A stretch of 64,000 nt of DNA from Candidatus Aquivivens invisus (GCA_001804415.1 MHGA01000017.1:18390-82389), one strand, 5' to 3'; numbered from the stretch's first letter, positions 27,100 through 37,564 are shown. The notes: generated from the sequence alone by a model not told the origin. Translations and numbers: made by a program.

Positions 27100-27942
27100 T
27101 TGAGTATACCGTATACTATCGTGATGTCGACGTCATTCCCTCATCGCTGTCTTGAGGTGGCCGTCGAGGCGGCGCGTCGAGCGGGCCGCGTGCAGGCGCG
27201 TGCCATCGGACGCCCCGCGAGTGTGGCCACCAAACGCAGCCCGATCGACCTGGTCACCGATGTGGATCGCACCTCTGAGCGGCTCATCCGCGCGCACATC
27301 ACCCGCCATTTTCCGGCTCACGGGATCTACGGGGAGGAATACGGGCGTCTGAAGCCGCGCGCGGCCTATCAATGGTTCATCGACCCGTTGGACGGGACGA
27401 TGAATTTCGTGCACGGCGTGCCCTGGTTCGCCGTCTCCATCGGCCTCATCCGTCAGGGCCGGCCCATCCTCGGGGTCATCTATGATCCGATCCGAAAGGA
27501 GCTGTTTACGGCCGTGCACGGAGGGGGCGCGCAGCTCAATGGAAGGCGCATCCGCGTCTCACGCGTCCGACATCTGAAAGACGGCTTGCTCTCCACCGGC
27601 TTCTCCTCGCAATTCCACAACGATCCCGCGCGGTATCTGCGATGGTTCGAGCAGCTGCAGCAGCGGAGTCACGGGGTGCGCCGCGTCGGTTCAACGGCCA
27701 TCAGCCTCGCGTATGTGGCGTGCGGGCGATTCGACGGGTTCTACGAGCATGACCTGTGGCCGTGGGATGTCGCCGCAGGGATGGTGCTGGTGCGCGAAGC
27801 GGGAGGGCGCGTGACCGATTTCGGGGGACGCGCATTGCCCAACGCCAGGCGCGGTCTCCTGCTGGCTTCCAATGGAGACATTCACCCCGAGCTGGTCCGC
27901 GTCCTTAGCTATCGCTCAAAGAGCGCGAGAACCTCCACATGA
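27100..27942 (+). CDS. suhB: Inositol monophosphatase family protein
   Basis: WFIDPLDGTMNFVHG and WDVAAG are IMPase motifs. Confidence 0.75.
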   Translation: MSIPYTIVMSTSFPHRCLEVAVEAARRAGRVQARAIGRPASVATKRSPIDLVTDVDRTSERLIRAHITRHFPAHGIYGEEYGRLKPRAAYQWFIDPLDGTMNFVHGVPWFAVSIGLIRQGRPILGVIYDPIRKELFTAVHGGGAQLNGRRIRVSRVRHLKDGLLSTGFSSQFHNDPARYLRWFEQLQQRSHGVRRVGSTAISLAYVACGRFDGFYEHDLWPWDVAAGMVLVREAGGRVTDFGGRALPNARRGLLLASNGDIHPELVRVLSYRSKSARTST

Positions 27943-29126
27943 GGGGTGTGAGGAAACAGATCGAAGGCCACGAGATCGCGCAGACGGTAGCGTGGGAAGC
28001 TGTTCATGAGCAGGCGCGAATCCCGCACCAAGGTCTGCGCGTTGCAGGACAGGCAGATGAGCTGCTTGGGCCGGGCGGCCAGCACGGTCGAGATCACGCG
28101 CGGGTGTAATCCTGACCGGGGCGGATCGACGACCACGACGTCCGGCTGGGCCTCCCCGAGCCAGAAGCGTTTGTTCAGGAACACGTCCTCCGCTCGGCCG
28201 AGTTGAAACTGCACGTTGGTGATTCCGTTGGCTTGTGCGTTCACCCGCGCCAGCTCCAGATTGCGTGCCTCGGAGTCGATGGCGTAGATCGTCCGGAATC
28301 CTGACGACAGGTAGAACGCGATCAAGCCGATCCCGCAGTACACGTCCCACGCCACCCCCTGCCCGGAGGCGCTGACCCACCGGCGCACCTGCTCATACAT
28401 CCGCTCGGCCTGGGCGCTGTTCGGTTGGAGAAAGTTGAGCGGATGCAGACGGATCGTCAACGCCCCCACCTGATCTTCGAGATACGTCTCCCCGCGAATC
28501 AAGAAGAGCTCCTCAGGCATCGCGACATCCGCCACGTTCGTCGCGATCCCCCAATAGACACTGCTGATCGCGGGGTGTTTGCGCAACAGCTCATCCGCGA
28601 AGGACTCGATGAGCGACCGCTCACCCCGCGTCGTCATCAGACAGATCAGCAGCTTGTCCCTCGAGCGGCTATGCCGGATGACGAGGTAGCGGAAAAATCC
28701 CTGGTGTGTTCGAGGATTGTAGGCCGGCTGTCCGGTGCGCTGCGCCAGCTCTCGAATGTCGGCGATCAGCCGGCTGACCGCCTCCGGCAGCAAGAGGCAG
28801 TCGTCGAGATCCACGATGCGCCAGAACGAACGGGCGGCGTGGTAGCCCAGCACCAGGGAATCCGCCGCTGGCCCCAGCGCGCTGAAGGTCAGTTCAGCCT
28901 TGTTGCGATACCTCCACGGATCCTCCACGGGTACTAGCTCGAGGGTGAGGCTCGGATCAAGCGTCCCTAACGTCCGCAACAGGCGCTGGCGTTTGAGGGT
29001 CAGCTGGTCGGCGTACTCCAGATCCTGGAGGGTGCAGCCCCCGCAGCTCCCGACGTAGGGGCACGGAGGTTCCACCGTGCGAAACGCGGCTTTGTCGTGC
29101 AGGAGAACCTTGTCAGCCGTCTTCAT
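27909..29126 (-). CDS. rlmD: 23S rRNA (uracil-C5)-methyltransferase RlmD/RumA (TRAM + 4Fe-4S + MTase)
   Basis: CPYVGSCGGC cluster motif, DVYCGIGLIAF SAM-binding motif and a LICLSCN catalytic Cys region. Confidence 0.75.
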   Translation of the reverse strand: MKTADKVLLHDKAAFRTVEPPCPYVGSCGGCTLQDLEYADQLTLKRQRLLRTLGTLDPSLTLELVPVEDPWRYRNKAELTFSALGPAADSLVLGYHAARSFWRIVDLDDCLLLPEAVSRLIADIRELAQRTGQPAYNPRTHQGFFRYLVIRHSRSRDKLLICLMTTRGERSLIESFADELLRKHPAISSVYWGIATNVADVAMPEELFLIRGETYLEDQVGALTIRLHPLNFLQPNSAQAERMYEQVRRWVSASGQGVAWDVYCGIGLIAFYLSSGFRTIYAIDSEARNLELARVNAQANGITNVQFQLGRAEDVFLNKRFWLGEAQPDVVVVDPPRSGLHPRVISTVLAARPKQLICLSCNAQTLVRDSRLLMNSFPRYRLRDLVAFDLFPHTPHVEVLALFER

Positions 29127-29812
29127 AGGTCAGCCACGCGACGACGGATCCCCCACAGCCTGGTCAACAGGAGGCCGCTGACAAATCCTCCGACGTGGGC
29201 CCACCAGGCAATCCCGCCGCCGACGTCCGCGACCCGCCCGACGGTGGTCATCCCTTGCACCCACTGCAGCAGAAACCATATCCCCAGGAACACAAACGCC
29301 GGCAACTGCACGAATTGCCAGGCGAAGATCAGCGGCACCAGGGTCGTGATCCGCGCAAACGGAAACAGGAGGAAATAGGCTCCCAGGATGCCGGCGATCG
29401 CTCCGCTGGCCCCGATCATCGGCACCGAGGAGGCCGGCTGAATCACCAGTTGCGTGAGGGACGCCACCACCCCGCTGCCGAGGTACAGCAGGAGAAACCG
29501 GCCGTGCCCGAGACGATCCTCGACGTTGTCGCCGAAGATCCACAGGTAGAGCATGTTGGAGGCCAGATGCAGGAGGCCGCCGTGGAGAAACTGCGACGTG
29601 AACAAGGTCACCACCAGCCGCGGCCACTCCGGCACATCCCAGGGGACCGTCGCGGTCCAGGCGGAAGGCGTCACCCCGAAGCGATAGATCCAGCCCGGGA
29701 TGTCCGGCCCCTGCAGCAGCTCCCAGAGGAAGATGACGCTGTTGACGAGGACCAGCGCGCGGACCAGATAGGCGGTGTGGCGGGCGGAAATCGTGTCACG
29801 AATGGGAATCAT
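29123..29812 (-). CDS. Rhomboid-family intramembrane serine protease
   Basis: The catalytic Ser is in GASGAIAGILGAY and the His in HVGGFVSGLL, with 6 TM helices. The start is at MIPIRDTIS. Confidence 0.7.
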   Translation of the reverse strand: MIPIRDTISARHTAYLVRALVLVNSVIFLWELLQGPDIPGWIYRFGVTPSAWTATVPWDVPEWPRLVVTLFTSQFLHGGLLHLASNMLYLWIFGDNVEDRLGHGRFLLLYLGSGVVASLTQLVIQPASSVPMIGASGAIAGILGAYFLLFPFARITTLVPLIFAWQFVQLPAFVFLGIWFLLQWVQGMTTVGRVADVGGGIAWWAHVGGFVSGLLLTRLWGIRRRVADL

Positions 29813-30632
29813 GCGGAGGAACAACCCCGACCAGCGCGAGGCCGACGCGGTCGGCCTGCTCGATGAGCACGGCCTTGTCCAGCAACACCGTCGAGCGGGC
29901 TTCGACCGCCGCGCACCGCACCCCGGCGGCTGCGGCCACCGCGATGGTCTGGGGCCCAAGCACCGGCAGATCGAATCGGCGATCCTGTTTGGGTGAGGCC
30001 ATCTTGACCACCACACAGCCTCTCCCCGCCACCTGGCCGGCCCGCTGGATGACCGCGTCCGTGCCTTCCATGGCCTCAAGGGCCACCACGACCTTGCGTT
30101 TCACGACCACCGTCTGGCCGATGTCCAGGGAGGCGATCTGTCGAGCCACCTCCACGCCGACGCGGATGTCCTCCTGCTCCTCGTCGCTTGGGCGCGAGCG
30201 CGTCAGCGCGCCCTCCGGACAGAGGGCCTCGCCCAGGAACGTGGAGGAATCCAGCAACGTGATCCCCTCGCGCGCCAGCCGCTGCGCGATCGCTCCGAGC
30301 AGGCTGTTCACGGAAAAATCTTTGAGCCGGCCCAGCAGCCCCAGCGTCTCGCCGTCCAATTGCACGCGCGAGTCAAACAACACCCCTTTCGTCACCTTGC
30401 CCGCCATGATGGCCTGGCGGATGTGATGGGTTTTGAGCCGTTCGATCAAGGCGGTCAGCTGGCCCACGGAGAGCTCTTCGTAACTATCGGCGTGCTGGGC
30501 GAGGGCTGGGTCGGCCCACCCTTTGAGCCCGATGACCGCCACGCGCAGGCCCTGCCGCCTGGCTTCTTGAGCCACCTGGATGGGAAACGATCCGGCTCCG
30601 GCGATGATCGCGCAGGAATCACTCATCAACAA
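29796..30632 (-). CDS. lpxI: UDP-2,3-diacylglucosamine hydrolase LpxI (DUF1009)
   Basis: IIAGAGSFPIQVAQEARRQGLRVAVIGLKGWAD..IMAGKVTK matches the LpxI N-terminus. It is located in the lpxA cluster. Confidence 0.6.
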   Translation of the reverse strand: MLMSDSCAIIAGAGSFPIQVAQEARRQGLRVAVIGLKGWADPALAQHADSYEELSVGQLTALIERLKTHHIRQAIMAGKVTKGVLFDSRVQLDGETLGLLGRLKDFSVNSLLGAIAQRLAREGITLLDSSTFLGEALCPEGALTRSRPSDEEQEDIRVGVEVARQIASLDIGQTVVVKRKVVVALEAMEGTDAVIQRAGQVAGRGCVVVKMASPKQDRRFDLPVLGPQTIAVAAAAGVRCAAVEARSTVLLDKAVLIEQADRVGLALVGVVPPHDSHS

Positions 30633-30641
30633 AGGGGCGGA

Positions 30642-31469
30642 TCAGGCGCGGCAGACGCCGCGCTTGGACTGACGAATGAACTCCAGCAGATGCTCCACCT
30701 CGGGGCACGATGGCATGTTCTGCGCGACATGCTGGAGGGCATTGGACATGGAGAGCTTCGAATGGAAGAGGATCTTGAAGGCCCGGTGGAGGCGTTCCTT
30801 AATCTCCTCGGGCATCCCCACCCGTTTCAGGCCTTCGCTGTTGAGCCCGAAGACCTTCGCGGGATACCCCACACAGGTGGCGTAGGGGGGCACGTCCTGC
30901 GCGACCCGCGAGCAGCCGCCCACCATCGCCAGCGTGCCGATTCGAACAAACTGGTGAACCCCGACCAATCCCCCGACGATCGCCCGATCCTCGACAAGGA
31001 TGTGCCCGGCCAACGCGACGCTGTTCGCAATGACGACGTGATCGCCCACTTGGCAATCATGGGCCACATGGGCGTAGGCCATCAACAGGCAGTCCGAGCC
31101 GATGACCGTTTTGCCCCCCCCGCCTTTGGTGCCGGGGTTCATCGTCACATACTCCCGGATGCGATTGCGGTCCCCGATGATCAATTCGCTCTTCTCCCCC
31201 TCGTACTTGAGATCCTGGGGAATGCTGCCGATCACCGCGCCGGTAAAGATCTGGCAGTCAGCGCCGATGGTGGTGCACCCTTCGAGGACGCAGTGGGCGC
31301 CGACGGCGGTCTGCGGGCCCACGCGGACCTGCGGGCCGATCACCGCATACGGCCCCACCACGACCCCGGATGAGAGCTCGGCCTGGGGATCCACAATGGC
31401 CGTTGGATGGATGGTTGGAGCCGCCGGAGATTCGGTCGCCACGGGAGGACTACTCATCTTGAATGGCAA
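30642..31469 (-). CDS. lpxA: UDP-N-acetylglucosamine O-acyltransferase
   Basis: IHPTAIVDPQAELSSGVVVGPYAVIG hexapeptide repeats and the LpxA C-terminal helical domain. Confidence 0.85.
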   Translation of the reverse strand: MPFKMSSPPVATESPAAPTIHPTAIVDPQAELSSGVVVGPYAVIGPQVRVGPQTAVGAHCVLEGCTTIGADCQIFTGAVIGSIPQDLKYEGEKSELIIGDRNRIREYVTMNPGTKGGGGKTVIGSDCLLMAYAHVAHDCQVGDHVVIANSVALAGHILVEDRAIVGGLVGVHQFVRIGTLAMVGGCSRVAQDVPPYATCVGYPAKVFGLNSEGLKRVGMPEEIKERLHRAFKILFHSKLSMSNALQHVAQNMPSCPEVEHLLEFIRQSKRGVCRA

Positions 31470-32769
31470 ACATCAACTCGCCTTCGCACACCAGCTTGTT
31501 GTCCACCAACGCCTTCGCGCTCACCTGGCCGATCCGAGCGCGCAGCTTCCCAAGCTCCACTTCCAGGACGAGCTGATCGCCGGGGACCACCGGCTTGCGA
31601 AACTTCACCTTGTCCACCGACATGAAGTACACCAACCGCCGCATGCTGTCCGTCTTGTTCAGGATGAGGATCCCGCCGACCTGCGCCATCGCTTCAATGA
31701 TGAGGACCCCCGGCATGATCGGACGGCCCGGGAAGTGGCCGCGGAAGAAATAGTCGTTGATCGTCACGCATTTGATCCCGACGGCCTTCGTGTCGGTCAG
31801 TGAGAGAATGCGATCAACAAAGAGGAACGGGTAGCGATGGGGAAGGATCTTCTCGATCTGCGTGATGTCCAGCTGCGGACCGACGAGACCCTCGCGGCTT
31901 TTGGACTGGAGTGCGCCCAGCCGCCACTGCTCGCGGGCTTGGGTGAGCTTACGGATCAGTTTGAGATTGACGCGGTGGCCGCTTTTGACGGCCACCACTT
32001 TCCCCTGCAAGGGCGCGCCCAGCAGATACAGATCACCGATCAAATCCAAGACTTTATGCCTGGCGCACTCATCGTCAAACCGCAGCGTGTTCTGGATCAC
32101 CCCCTTGCGGCCGATGACCAGCGTATTCTCAACGGTGGACCCCTTCCCGAATCCTTGAGCCCGCAACGTCTCGGCCTCCTCCTCCAGGCAGAACGTCCTC
32201 GCCGGGGCGATCGTCCTGGCAAACGACTCCCCGTTGAGCGGGAAGGCCGCGAATTGCGCCTTGAGAACCGGGTGGGCGTAACTGAGCGTGTAGGCGATGG
32301 AGAACTCAGGAGCCGGGAAGACGGCCACGCACGACTCACCCGCTTCCACGATGACCGGCTCGCGCACCTCAAAACGCTTCCGCGGCGCGGGGCAGGCGGT
32401 CAAGCCCGCGTCCTGCACCTGGGCGAGAAACGGCTGCGCGGATCCATCGAGCCCTGGGACTTCGGGCCCCGACAGCTCGACGTAGGCGTTGTCAATGCCC
32501 GCTCCCCACAGCGCCGCCATGAAGTGCTCGACCGTTTGCACCTCCACGCCGTCTTTGGCGAGAATCGTCCGCCGGCCCACGCTGGTGTCGACGGCGTAAG
32601 GCACGAGCGCCGGAATGGCGGGCCGATGCGGCAGATCGGTCCGGATAAAGACGATGCCCGCATCCGCCGGAGCCGGCAGGACCCGCATGGTGACGGGCTG
32701 ACCGGTATGGAGCCCCGTCCCGCGGATGGTGACGTCTTTGGCCAGGGTCTGTTGGCAGTCGCTCATCAC
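31450..32769 (-). CDS. lpxC/fabZ: Bifunctional UDP-3-O-acyl-GlcNAc deacetylase LpxC fused to 3-hydroxyacyl-ACP dehydratase FabZ
   Basis: The N-terminal LpxC region has [16 protein letters not shown] and [13 protein letters not shown]. The C-terminal FabZ hotdog region has [10 protein letters not shown] and [16 protein letters not shown]. Confidence 0.8.
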   Translation of the reverse strand: MMSDCQQTLAKDVTIRGTGLHTGQPVTMRVLPAPADAGIVFIRTDLPHRPAIPALVPYAVDTSVGRRTILAKDGVEVQTVEHFMAALWGAGIDNAYVELSGPEVPGLDGSAQPFLAQVQDAGLTACPAPRKRFEVREPVIVEAGESCVAVFPAPEFSIAYTLSYAHPVLKAQFAAFPLNGESFARTIAPARTFCLEEEAETLRAQGFGKGSTVENTLVIGRKGVIQNTLRFDDECARHKVLDLIGDLYLLGAPLQGKVVAVKSGHRVNLKLIRKLTQAREQWRLGALQSKSREGLVGPQLDITQIEKILPHRYPFLFVDRILSLTDTKAVGIKCVTINDYFFRGHFPGRPIMPGVLIIEAMAQVGGILILNKTDSMRRLVYFMSVDKVKFRKPVVPGDQLVLEVELGKLRARIGQVSAKALVDNKLVCEGELMFAIQDE

Positions 32770-33362
32770 CGTGGCGCCGCTGAGGACTGCTTCGCGGCAT
32801 ACCGCTCGTTCAGGAGCTTCAGGACCTCATCGGTGACATCATACGCCTCTTGCCCGTAGACGAGGGAACGCTGATCCAGCATCACCGCGAACCCGTTGGC
32901 TTTCGCATAGTCGGTGATGACTACCTCAATTTCCTCGAGCAACGCTTTGCCGACCAGGTTGCGCTCTCGCACGAGGTCGCGTTGACTGCGGGCTTTCAGC
33001 CGCTGGAATTCATCAGCCTTCTCTTCGACTTCTCTCGCCTTGGCCTCTCGCGCTTGCGCGCTTAACAACTCGAGGCTTTCGCGCATCTTCTTCAACTCCG
33101 TGGCGCGGGTCTCGAGCTCCGCTTGCTTCTTCTGCACTTTCTGTTCCAAGGCCTGCTCGGATGCCTTCGTGCGCTGATACCCCTCCAGCACCGCCCCCAC
33201 ATTGACATAGCCGATCTTCAGCTCCGCCGCCCACGCGGAGCGACAAGGGACAAGCGACAAGGGACAAGCCCAGAGCGAACCAACGAGTATCCCGATGGTC
33301 AAGCCCCTGAGCGATCTTGTCTCCACGCGCCGAACTGATCGAACTGTGTGTTGACGTTTCAT
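32766..33362 (-). CDS. skp: Periplasmic chaperone Skp (OmpH)
   Basis: Signal peptide followed by a K/E/Q-rich coiled coil (KASEQALEQKVQKKQAELETRATELKK). Positioned between bamA and the lpx genes. Confidence 0.65.
   Translation of the reverse strand: MKRQHTVRSVRRVETRSLRGLTIGILVGSLWACPLSLVPCRSAWAAELKIGYVNVGAVLEGYQRTKASEQALEQKVQKKQAELETRATELKKMRESLELLSAQAREAKAREVEEKADEFQRLKARSQRDLVRERNLVGKALLEEIEVVITDYAKANGFAVMLDQRSLVYGQEAYDVTDEVLKLLNERYAAKQSSAAPR
33240..33269. repeat. Heptamer-repeat arm (CGACAAG-GGACAAG x2) inside the Skp signal-peptide coding region
   Basis: On the minus strand it encodes ..ACPLSLVPCRS.. between the hydrophobic core and the AWA cleavage site. Confidence 0.6.
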
Positions 33363-33383
33363 CGCCTTGTCTCCTTTTGGATC

Positions 33384-33413
33384 GCTTGTCGCCTGTCGCT
33401 TGTCGCCTGTCGC
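33384..33413. repeat. Complementary heptamer-repeat arm (GCTTGTCGCCTGTCGCTTGTCGCCTGTCGC) in the skp 5' UTR
   Basis: Reverse complement of the 33240-33269 arm. The two arms bracket the skp start codon. Confidence 0.6.
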
Positions 33414-33418
33414 AGCTC

Positions 33419-35716
33419 TTAAAAACTGCGGCTGATGTTGAAGTGCAGGCGCGGCTTGCGCTTCTCGTCTTCGAGCCGGCTGATCGGAAAACCCACATCC
33501 AGTCGAACCGGACCGATCGGGGTCGTGACCCGAACGCCCATGCCGGCGCCGGCCTTCAACGACTCACCGTACTCGTCGACCTTCTGCCACACATCCCCCA
33601 CGTCGAAGAAGGCGGTCCCTTTGAGAATCGGCTTGCCCCGTTCGTCGCTCATGAGGGTCGCCACTTCCTCGACACCGCCCATGAACGTCGCCTCCCCGCC
33701 GATTGGGTCGTTCGACCGAGGATCGCGAGGCCCGATGCGCCGCTCGCGGAACCCGCGGACCGTGTTCGCCCCGCCGCCGAAGAACCGCTCAAAGATCGGC
33801 ACGGTGCTGCTGCCTGAATACGCCTGCACGAGGCCGGTGTGCAGGCGGCTTTCCAGCACAAACCGCCTCCCGTGAGGCCAATAGGCGCTCGCTCCACCTT
33901 GAAGCCGGTAGAAATCGCGATCCCCGGCCAGCACCCCCCCGGCCAGATCCGCGGAGCCAAACACCAACCACCCTGCGGTTGGATCGAACCGGTTGTCTCG
34001 GGAATCCCAGCTGATGCCCAGACCGCTGAGGCTGACGTCGCTGCGGCCGACCTCGGCCTTCAAATCGGCGGAGGCTTCTTCCACGATATCCGAAATGTCC
34101 GTCCGGAAGAGCTGGTAGTTCCAGGTCACGCGCAGCGCATCGGTGAGATCCTTCCCCAGGCGCAGCGCGCCCCCCACGCTCTGCTCCTCAAAGGCCAAGC
34201 CGAGGTCTTGGCTGCGCAGCCTCGTCCGGCTGAACGCATCAAACCCGAATGAGATGGGGCGAGCAAAGATCCAGGGTTCGGTAAACGACAGGTCGAAATT
34301 CCGGCGAACGGATCCCGCTTCCACGCGGAACCGCAGGTCCTGCCCTGCCCCGGTGAAGGTGGGCCAGTTCCTCCAGTCGAAGTTGCGCTGCTCGATCTCC
34401 ACCAGGCCCACCAGCCGATCCACCGAGGAGAACCCGCCGCCGAAACTGAAGCTGCCGGTCTTGGCTTCTTTGACCTTGACGAGGAGGTCTTCCCGATTCG
34501 CCGCGTCGGTCGGGGCGGTCTCCACGTTGACCTCCTCGAAATAGCCGAGGTTGTAGAGCCGCTCGATCGAGCGCCGGATCAGCTTCCCGTCAAAGGGCTG
34601 CCCGGGATGGATCCGCAGTTCCCGACGGATCACGACGTCCCGGGTCCGGAGATTCCCCTGGACCTCCACGCGATGCACGTAGACCAGCTCGTTCTCGGTA
34701 ATGCGGAAGGTGACATCCACCCGCTTAGTGTCCGGGTCGAGCTGGATGTCAGGCGCGACGTCGGCGTTGATGTGCCCGCGGTCTCCGTAGTACTGCTTGA
34801 TCGCACGCAGGGTTTCCTGGAGGGCTTCCTGCTGGTAGACCGAGCCCGGCTTGATCGTCAGCACCTGGCGGATCTCCCGCTCAGGGAACACGACCGTGCC
34901 GGCGAGGCTGATCGTGCCGATGCGATGCTGCAACCCTTCGGCAATCGTGACGATCAGGTAGAGCCCCTCGCCCTCAGGCGCCGCCGCCACCTCCGAGCTC
35001 GCCTGGACGTCCTGATAGCCGGCCCGGCGGTAAAAGGCGCGTATCCGTTCAAGATCCTCTTCGAGCACCTGCTCGGCATAGACCCCCCGGATGAACCATT
35101 GGCGGCGCTTGGTCTTCATGACCTTGCGAATGCGCGCGTCGGAGAAGGCGAGGTTGCCTTCCACCAGGGTGTCTTTGATGAGCATCCGTGGGCCTTCATC
35201 GATGACGACGTACACGGTCACCGTATTCGCCGACGCATCCACCTGGGTCGATGAGGCCGCTTCAACCCTCGCGAATCCTCGCCGCCGATACTCCGCTTTC
35301 ACCCGGTCGAGGCCTTCCTTGAGCAGGCGCGCGTCATACAGCGCTCCCGCCTTCAGGCCCAGCAGCTGCAGGATCTTGTCCTTGCCCAGGCGGCGAAACC
35401 CCTCCGCGGCCACTTCCCCAAGCGCGGGTTTCTCGGTGACGCGGAAGATCACGCGCAGCCCTTCAGCCACCGACTGGGTCTCGACGCGCACATCCGTGAA
35501 ATACCCCAGCGCGAACAGGCGCCGGATATCCTCGGTGACGATGTGCTCAAGGTAGGGTGATCCGGGACGCGTCTGCAGGCGCGCCACGCAGGTCTCCGTC
35601 GCGATGGTGCGCGTGCCTTCGACCTCAACCGACACGACTCGTGGGCTCGGTACCTCCTCGGCCTGCGCGGGCACGCACCCCATCCCCATGGCCCACAGGC
35701 CGAGCCCAAGCCCCAT
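33419..35716 (-). CDS. bamA: Outer membrane protein assembly factor BamA (POTRA domains + Omp85 barrel)
   Basis: 765 aa with POTRA-like repeats and the C-terminal Omp85 barrel ending ..HFNISRSF. Confidence 0.85.
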   Translation of the reverse strand: MGLGLGLWAMGMGCVPAQAEEVPSPRVVSVEVEGTRTIATETCVARLQTRPGSPYLEHIVTEDIRRLFALGYFTDVRVETQSVAEGLRVIFRVTEKPALGEVAAEGFRRLGKDKILQLLGLKAGALYDARLLKEGLDRVKAEYRRRGFARVEAASSTQVDASANTVTVYVVIDEGPRMLIKDTLVEGNLAFSDARIRKVMKTKRRQWFIRGVYAEQVLEEDLERIRAFYRRAGYQDVQASSEVAAAPEGEGLYLIVTIAEGLQHRIGTISLAGTVVFPEREIRQVLTIKPGSVYQQEALQETLRAIKQYYGDRGHINADVAPDIQLDPDTKRVDVTFRITENELVYVHRVEVQGNLRTRDVVIRRELRIHPGQPFDGKLIRRSIERLYNLGYFEEVNVETAPTDAANREDLLVKVKEAKTGSFSFGGGFSSVDRLVGLVEIEQRNFDWRNWPTFTGAGQDLRFRVEAGSVRRNFDLSFTEPWIFARPISFGFDAFSRTRLRSQDLGLAFEEQSVGGALRLGKDLTDALRVTWNYQLFRTDISDIVEEASADLKAEVGRSDVSLSGLGISWDSRDNRFDPTAGWLVFGSADLAGGVLAGDRDFYRLQGGASAYWPHGRRFVLESRLHTGLVQAYSGSSTVPIFERFFGGGANTVRGFRERRIGPRDPRSNDPIGGEATFMGGVEEVATLMSDERGKPILKGTAFFDVGDVWQKVDEYGESLKAGAGMGVRVTTPIGPVRLDVGFPISRLEDEKRKPRLHFNISRSF

Positions 35717-35727
35717 GGCGAGGCGAG

Positions 35728-37071
35728 CTACGTCTGCGCGAGATTTTCGAATCGCGTGTACTCCTTGATGAACGCCAGCTTCACCGAGCCGGTGGGGCCG
35801 TTGCGCTGTTTGGCGATGATGACTTCGGCGATCCCCTGGTTGTCATCGGTCGGGTTGTAGTAGTCCTCGCGGAAAAGCATCAGGACGACGTCGGAATCCT
35901 GCTCGATCGCCCCGCTTTCGCGCAAGTCGGACAGCCGGGGCCGGAACGTTTCGCGCCGCTCGGGCGCCCGGGAGAGCTGGCTCACCGCCACGACGGGGAC
36001 GTGCAGTTCCCGGGCCAGCGCTTTGAGATTGCGAGAAATCACCGCGATCTCCTGTTGCCGGTTCTCGGATTGCGTGGGTTCCTCCATCAGCTGCAGGTAG
36101 TCAAGGATCAGCAGGCCGATGCCGTGGCGGCTGCGCAGCCGCCGCGCCTTGGCCCGAAGCTCCAGGATAGAGAGGCCGGGGGTATCATCAATGAACAGGG
36201 GGGCCTCGGAGAGCTTGCCGGCGGCTTGGGTCAGCTTCGGCCAGTCGCTGGTCGAGAGCATGCCGGTGCGCACGTTGTGCGCGTTGATCCGCGCATGGGA
36301 ACACAGCATCCGCTGGACCAAATGCTCCTTGGACATTTCCAAGCTGAAGAGTGCGACGGGAATTTTCTGGACGACCGTCGCATATTCGGCCACCCCCAGC
36401 GCCAGGCTGCTCTTGCCCATCGCGGGCCGCCCGGCCACGACGATGAAATCGGACGGTTGCAGGCCCGCCAGCATCTGATCCAGCTCGGTGAAGCCTGTGG
36501 CCAGGCCGGTGATGAACCCCTTGCGCTGGTAGAGCGCATCGATGGTCTCGATGGAGCTTTTGATCAGCTCCTTCAGCGACACGACATCGCCCTTCACTTT
36601 CTGCGAGGCGATCTCGAAGATGCGCTGCTCGGCCTGATCGAGCAGGATGTCCGGAGCGGTCGCGTCTTCGTAACAGTCGCTGGTGATCTGGGTGGCGGCT
36701 TTGATGAGGCTTCGCAGGATCGCTCGCTCTTTGACGATCCGGCAATAGTGCTCGACGTTGGCGGCGGTGGGGACCAGGCTCGTCAAGGTCGCCAGGTAGC
36801 TGGGGCCGCCCACCTCATCAAGGAGGTTGTGCTTCTTGAGCTCATCGGTCAACGTCACGAGATCCACGGCGACATGCTCTTGGTACAGCGAGAGCATACT
36901 CGAGAAAATCCGGCGGTGGGCTTCCTTGTAGAACGCCCTCGCCTCGAGCAGCTCCGTCGCGCGCACCAGGGCGTCCTCCTCGAGCAGCATGGAGCCCAGG
37001 ACGGCCATTTCTGCTTCGAGGTTTTGCGGCGGGAGCCGCTCAATCGTCGCAGCGACGTCAGTCAGTTCCAT
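35728..37071 (-). CDS. dnaB: Replicative DNA helicase DnaB (no intein)
   Basis: Walker A GRPAMGKSSLALG and the DnaB N-terminal domain PPQNLEAEMAVLGSMLL. Confidence 0.9.
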   Translation of the reverse strand: MELTDVAATIERLPPQNLEAEMAVLGSMLLEEDALVRATELLEARAFYKEAHRRIFSSMLSLYQEHVAVDLVTLTDELKKHNLLDEVGGPSYLATLTSLVPTAANVEHYCRIVKERAILRSLIKAATQITSDCYEDATAPDILLDQAEQRIFEIASQKVKGDVVSLKELIKSSIETIDALYQRKGFITGLATGFTELDQMLAGLQPSDFIVVAGRPAMGKSSLALGVAEYATVVQKIPVALFSLEMSKEHLVQRMLCSHARINAHNVRTGMLSTSDWPKLTQAAGKLSEAPLFIDDTPGLSILELRAKARRLRSRHGIGLLILDYLQLMEEPTQSENRQQEIAVISRNLKALARELHVPVVAVSQLSRAPERRETFRPRLSDLRESGAIEQDSDVVLMLFREDYYNPTDDNQGIAEVIIAKQRNGPTGSVKLAFIKEYTRFENLAQT

Positions 37072-37076
37072 GGGGA

Positions 37077-37526
37077 TCAGGCTTTCACCACCCAGAGCTT
37101 GAGGGTGGCGGTCACCTCGGCAGGGAGTTTGATGGGGACCTCGTAAATCCCCAACGCCTTGATCGGCTCGTCCAACACGATCTGATGCTTCTCAACCGGC
37201 AGCCCTTCCTGCTTCAACGTCTCGGCGATCTCGTGCGCGGTCACCGACCCAAAGGCCTTGTCGCTTTCACCGAGATGGAGTTTGAGGGTCAGCGAGCGGC
37301 TTTCCACCTTGCGCTTGAGCTGCTCAACCTGTTCTCGCTGGCGTGCGACTTTGCGCTCGGCGTGGCGCTTGCGCGTTTCCACCTCGCGCAAGGCGTCGGG
37401 GCTGGCGGCCGTCGCCAGGCCTCTCGGGATGAGGTAATTGCGCGCGAACCCCGGCTTGACCCGCACCACCGTCCCCTCAGCGCCTAGCCGTTCAACCGCT
37501 TTCAAGAGAATAATCTCCATGCTCAC
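37077..37526 (-). CDS. rplI: 50S ribosomal protein L9
   Basis: MEIILLKAVERLGAEGTVVRVKPGFARNYLIPRGLA. Confidence 0.85.
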   Translation of the reverse strand: MSMEIILLKAVERLGAEGTVVRVKPGFARNYLIPRGLATAASPDALREVETRKRHAERKVARQREQVEQLKRKVESRSLTLKLHLGESDKAFGSVTAHEIAETLKQEGLPVEKHQIVLDEPIKALGIYEVPIKLPAEVTATLKLWVVKA

Positions 37527-37529
37527 CTA

Positions 37530-37564
37530 CCTTGTCCCTTGTCCCTTGTCGCTTGTCGCTTGTT
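37530..37564. repeat. Single-arm heptamer repeat (CTTGTCC x2, CTTGTCG x2) abutting the rpsR stop codon
   Basis: ccttgtcccttgtcccttgtcgcttgtcgcttgtt. Confidence 0.6.

Noticed and set aside
35728-37071. Possible intein in dnaB, given the intein in nrdJ
   Set aside because: DnaB is 447 aa, the normal length, and its motifs are contiguous. No intein blocks are present.
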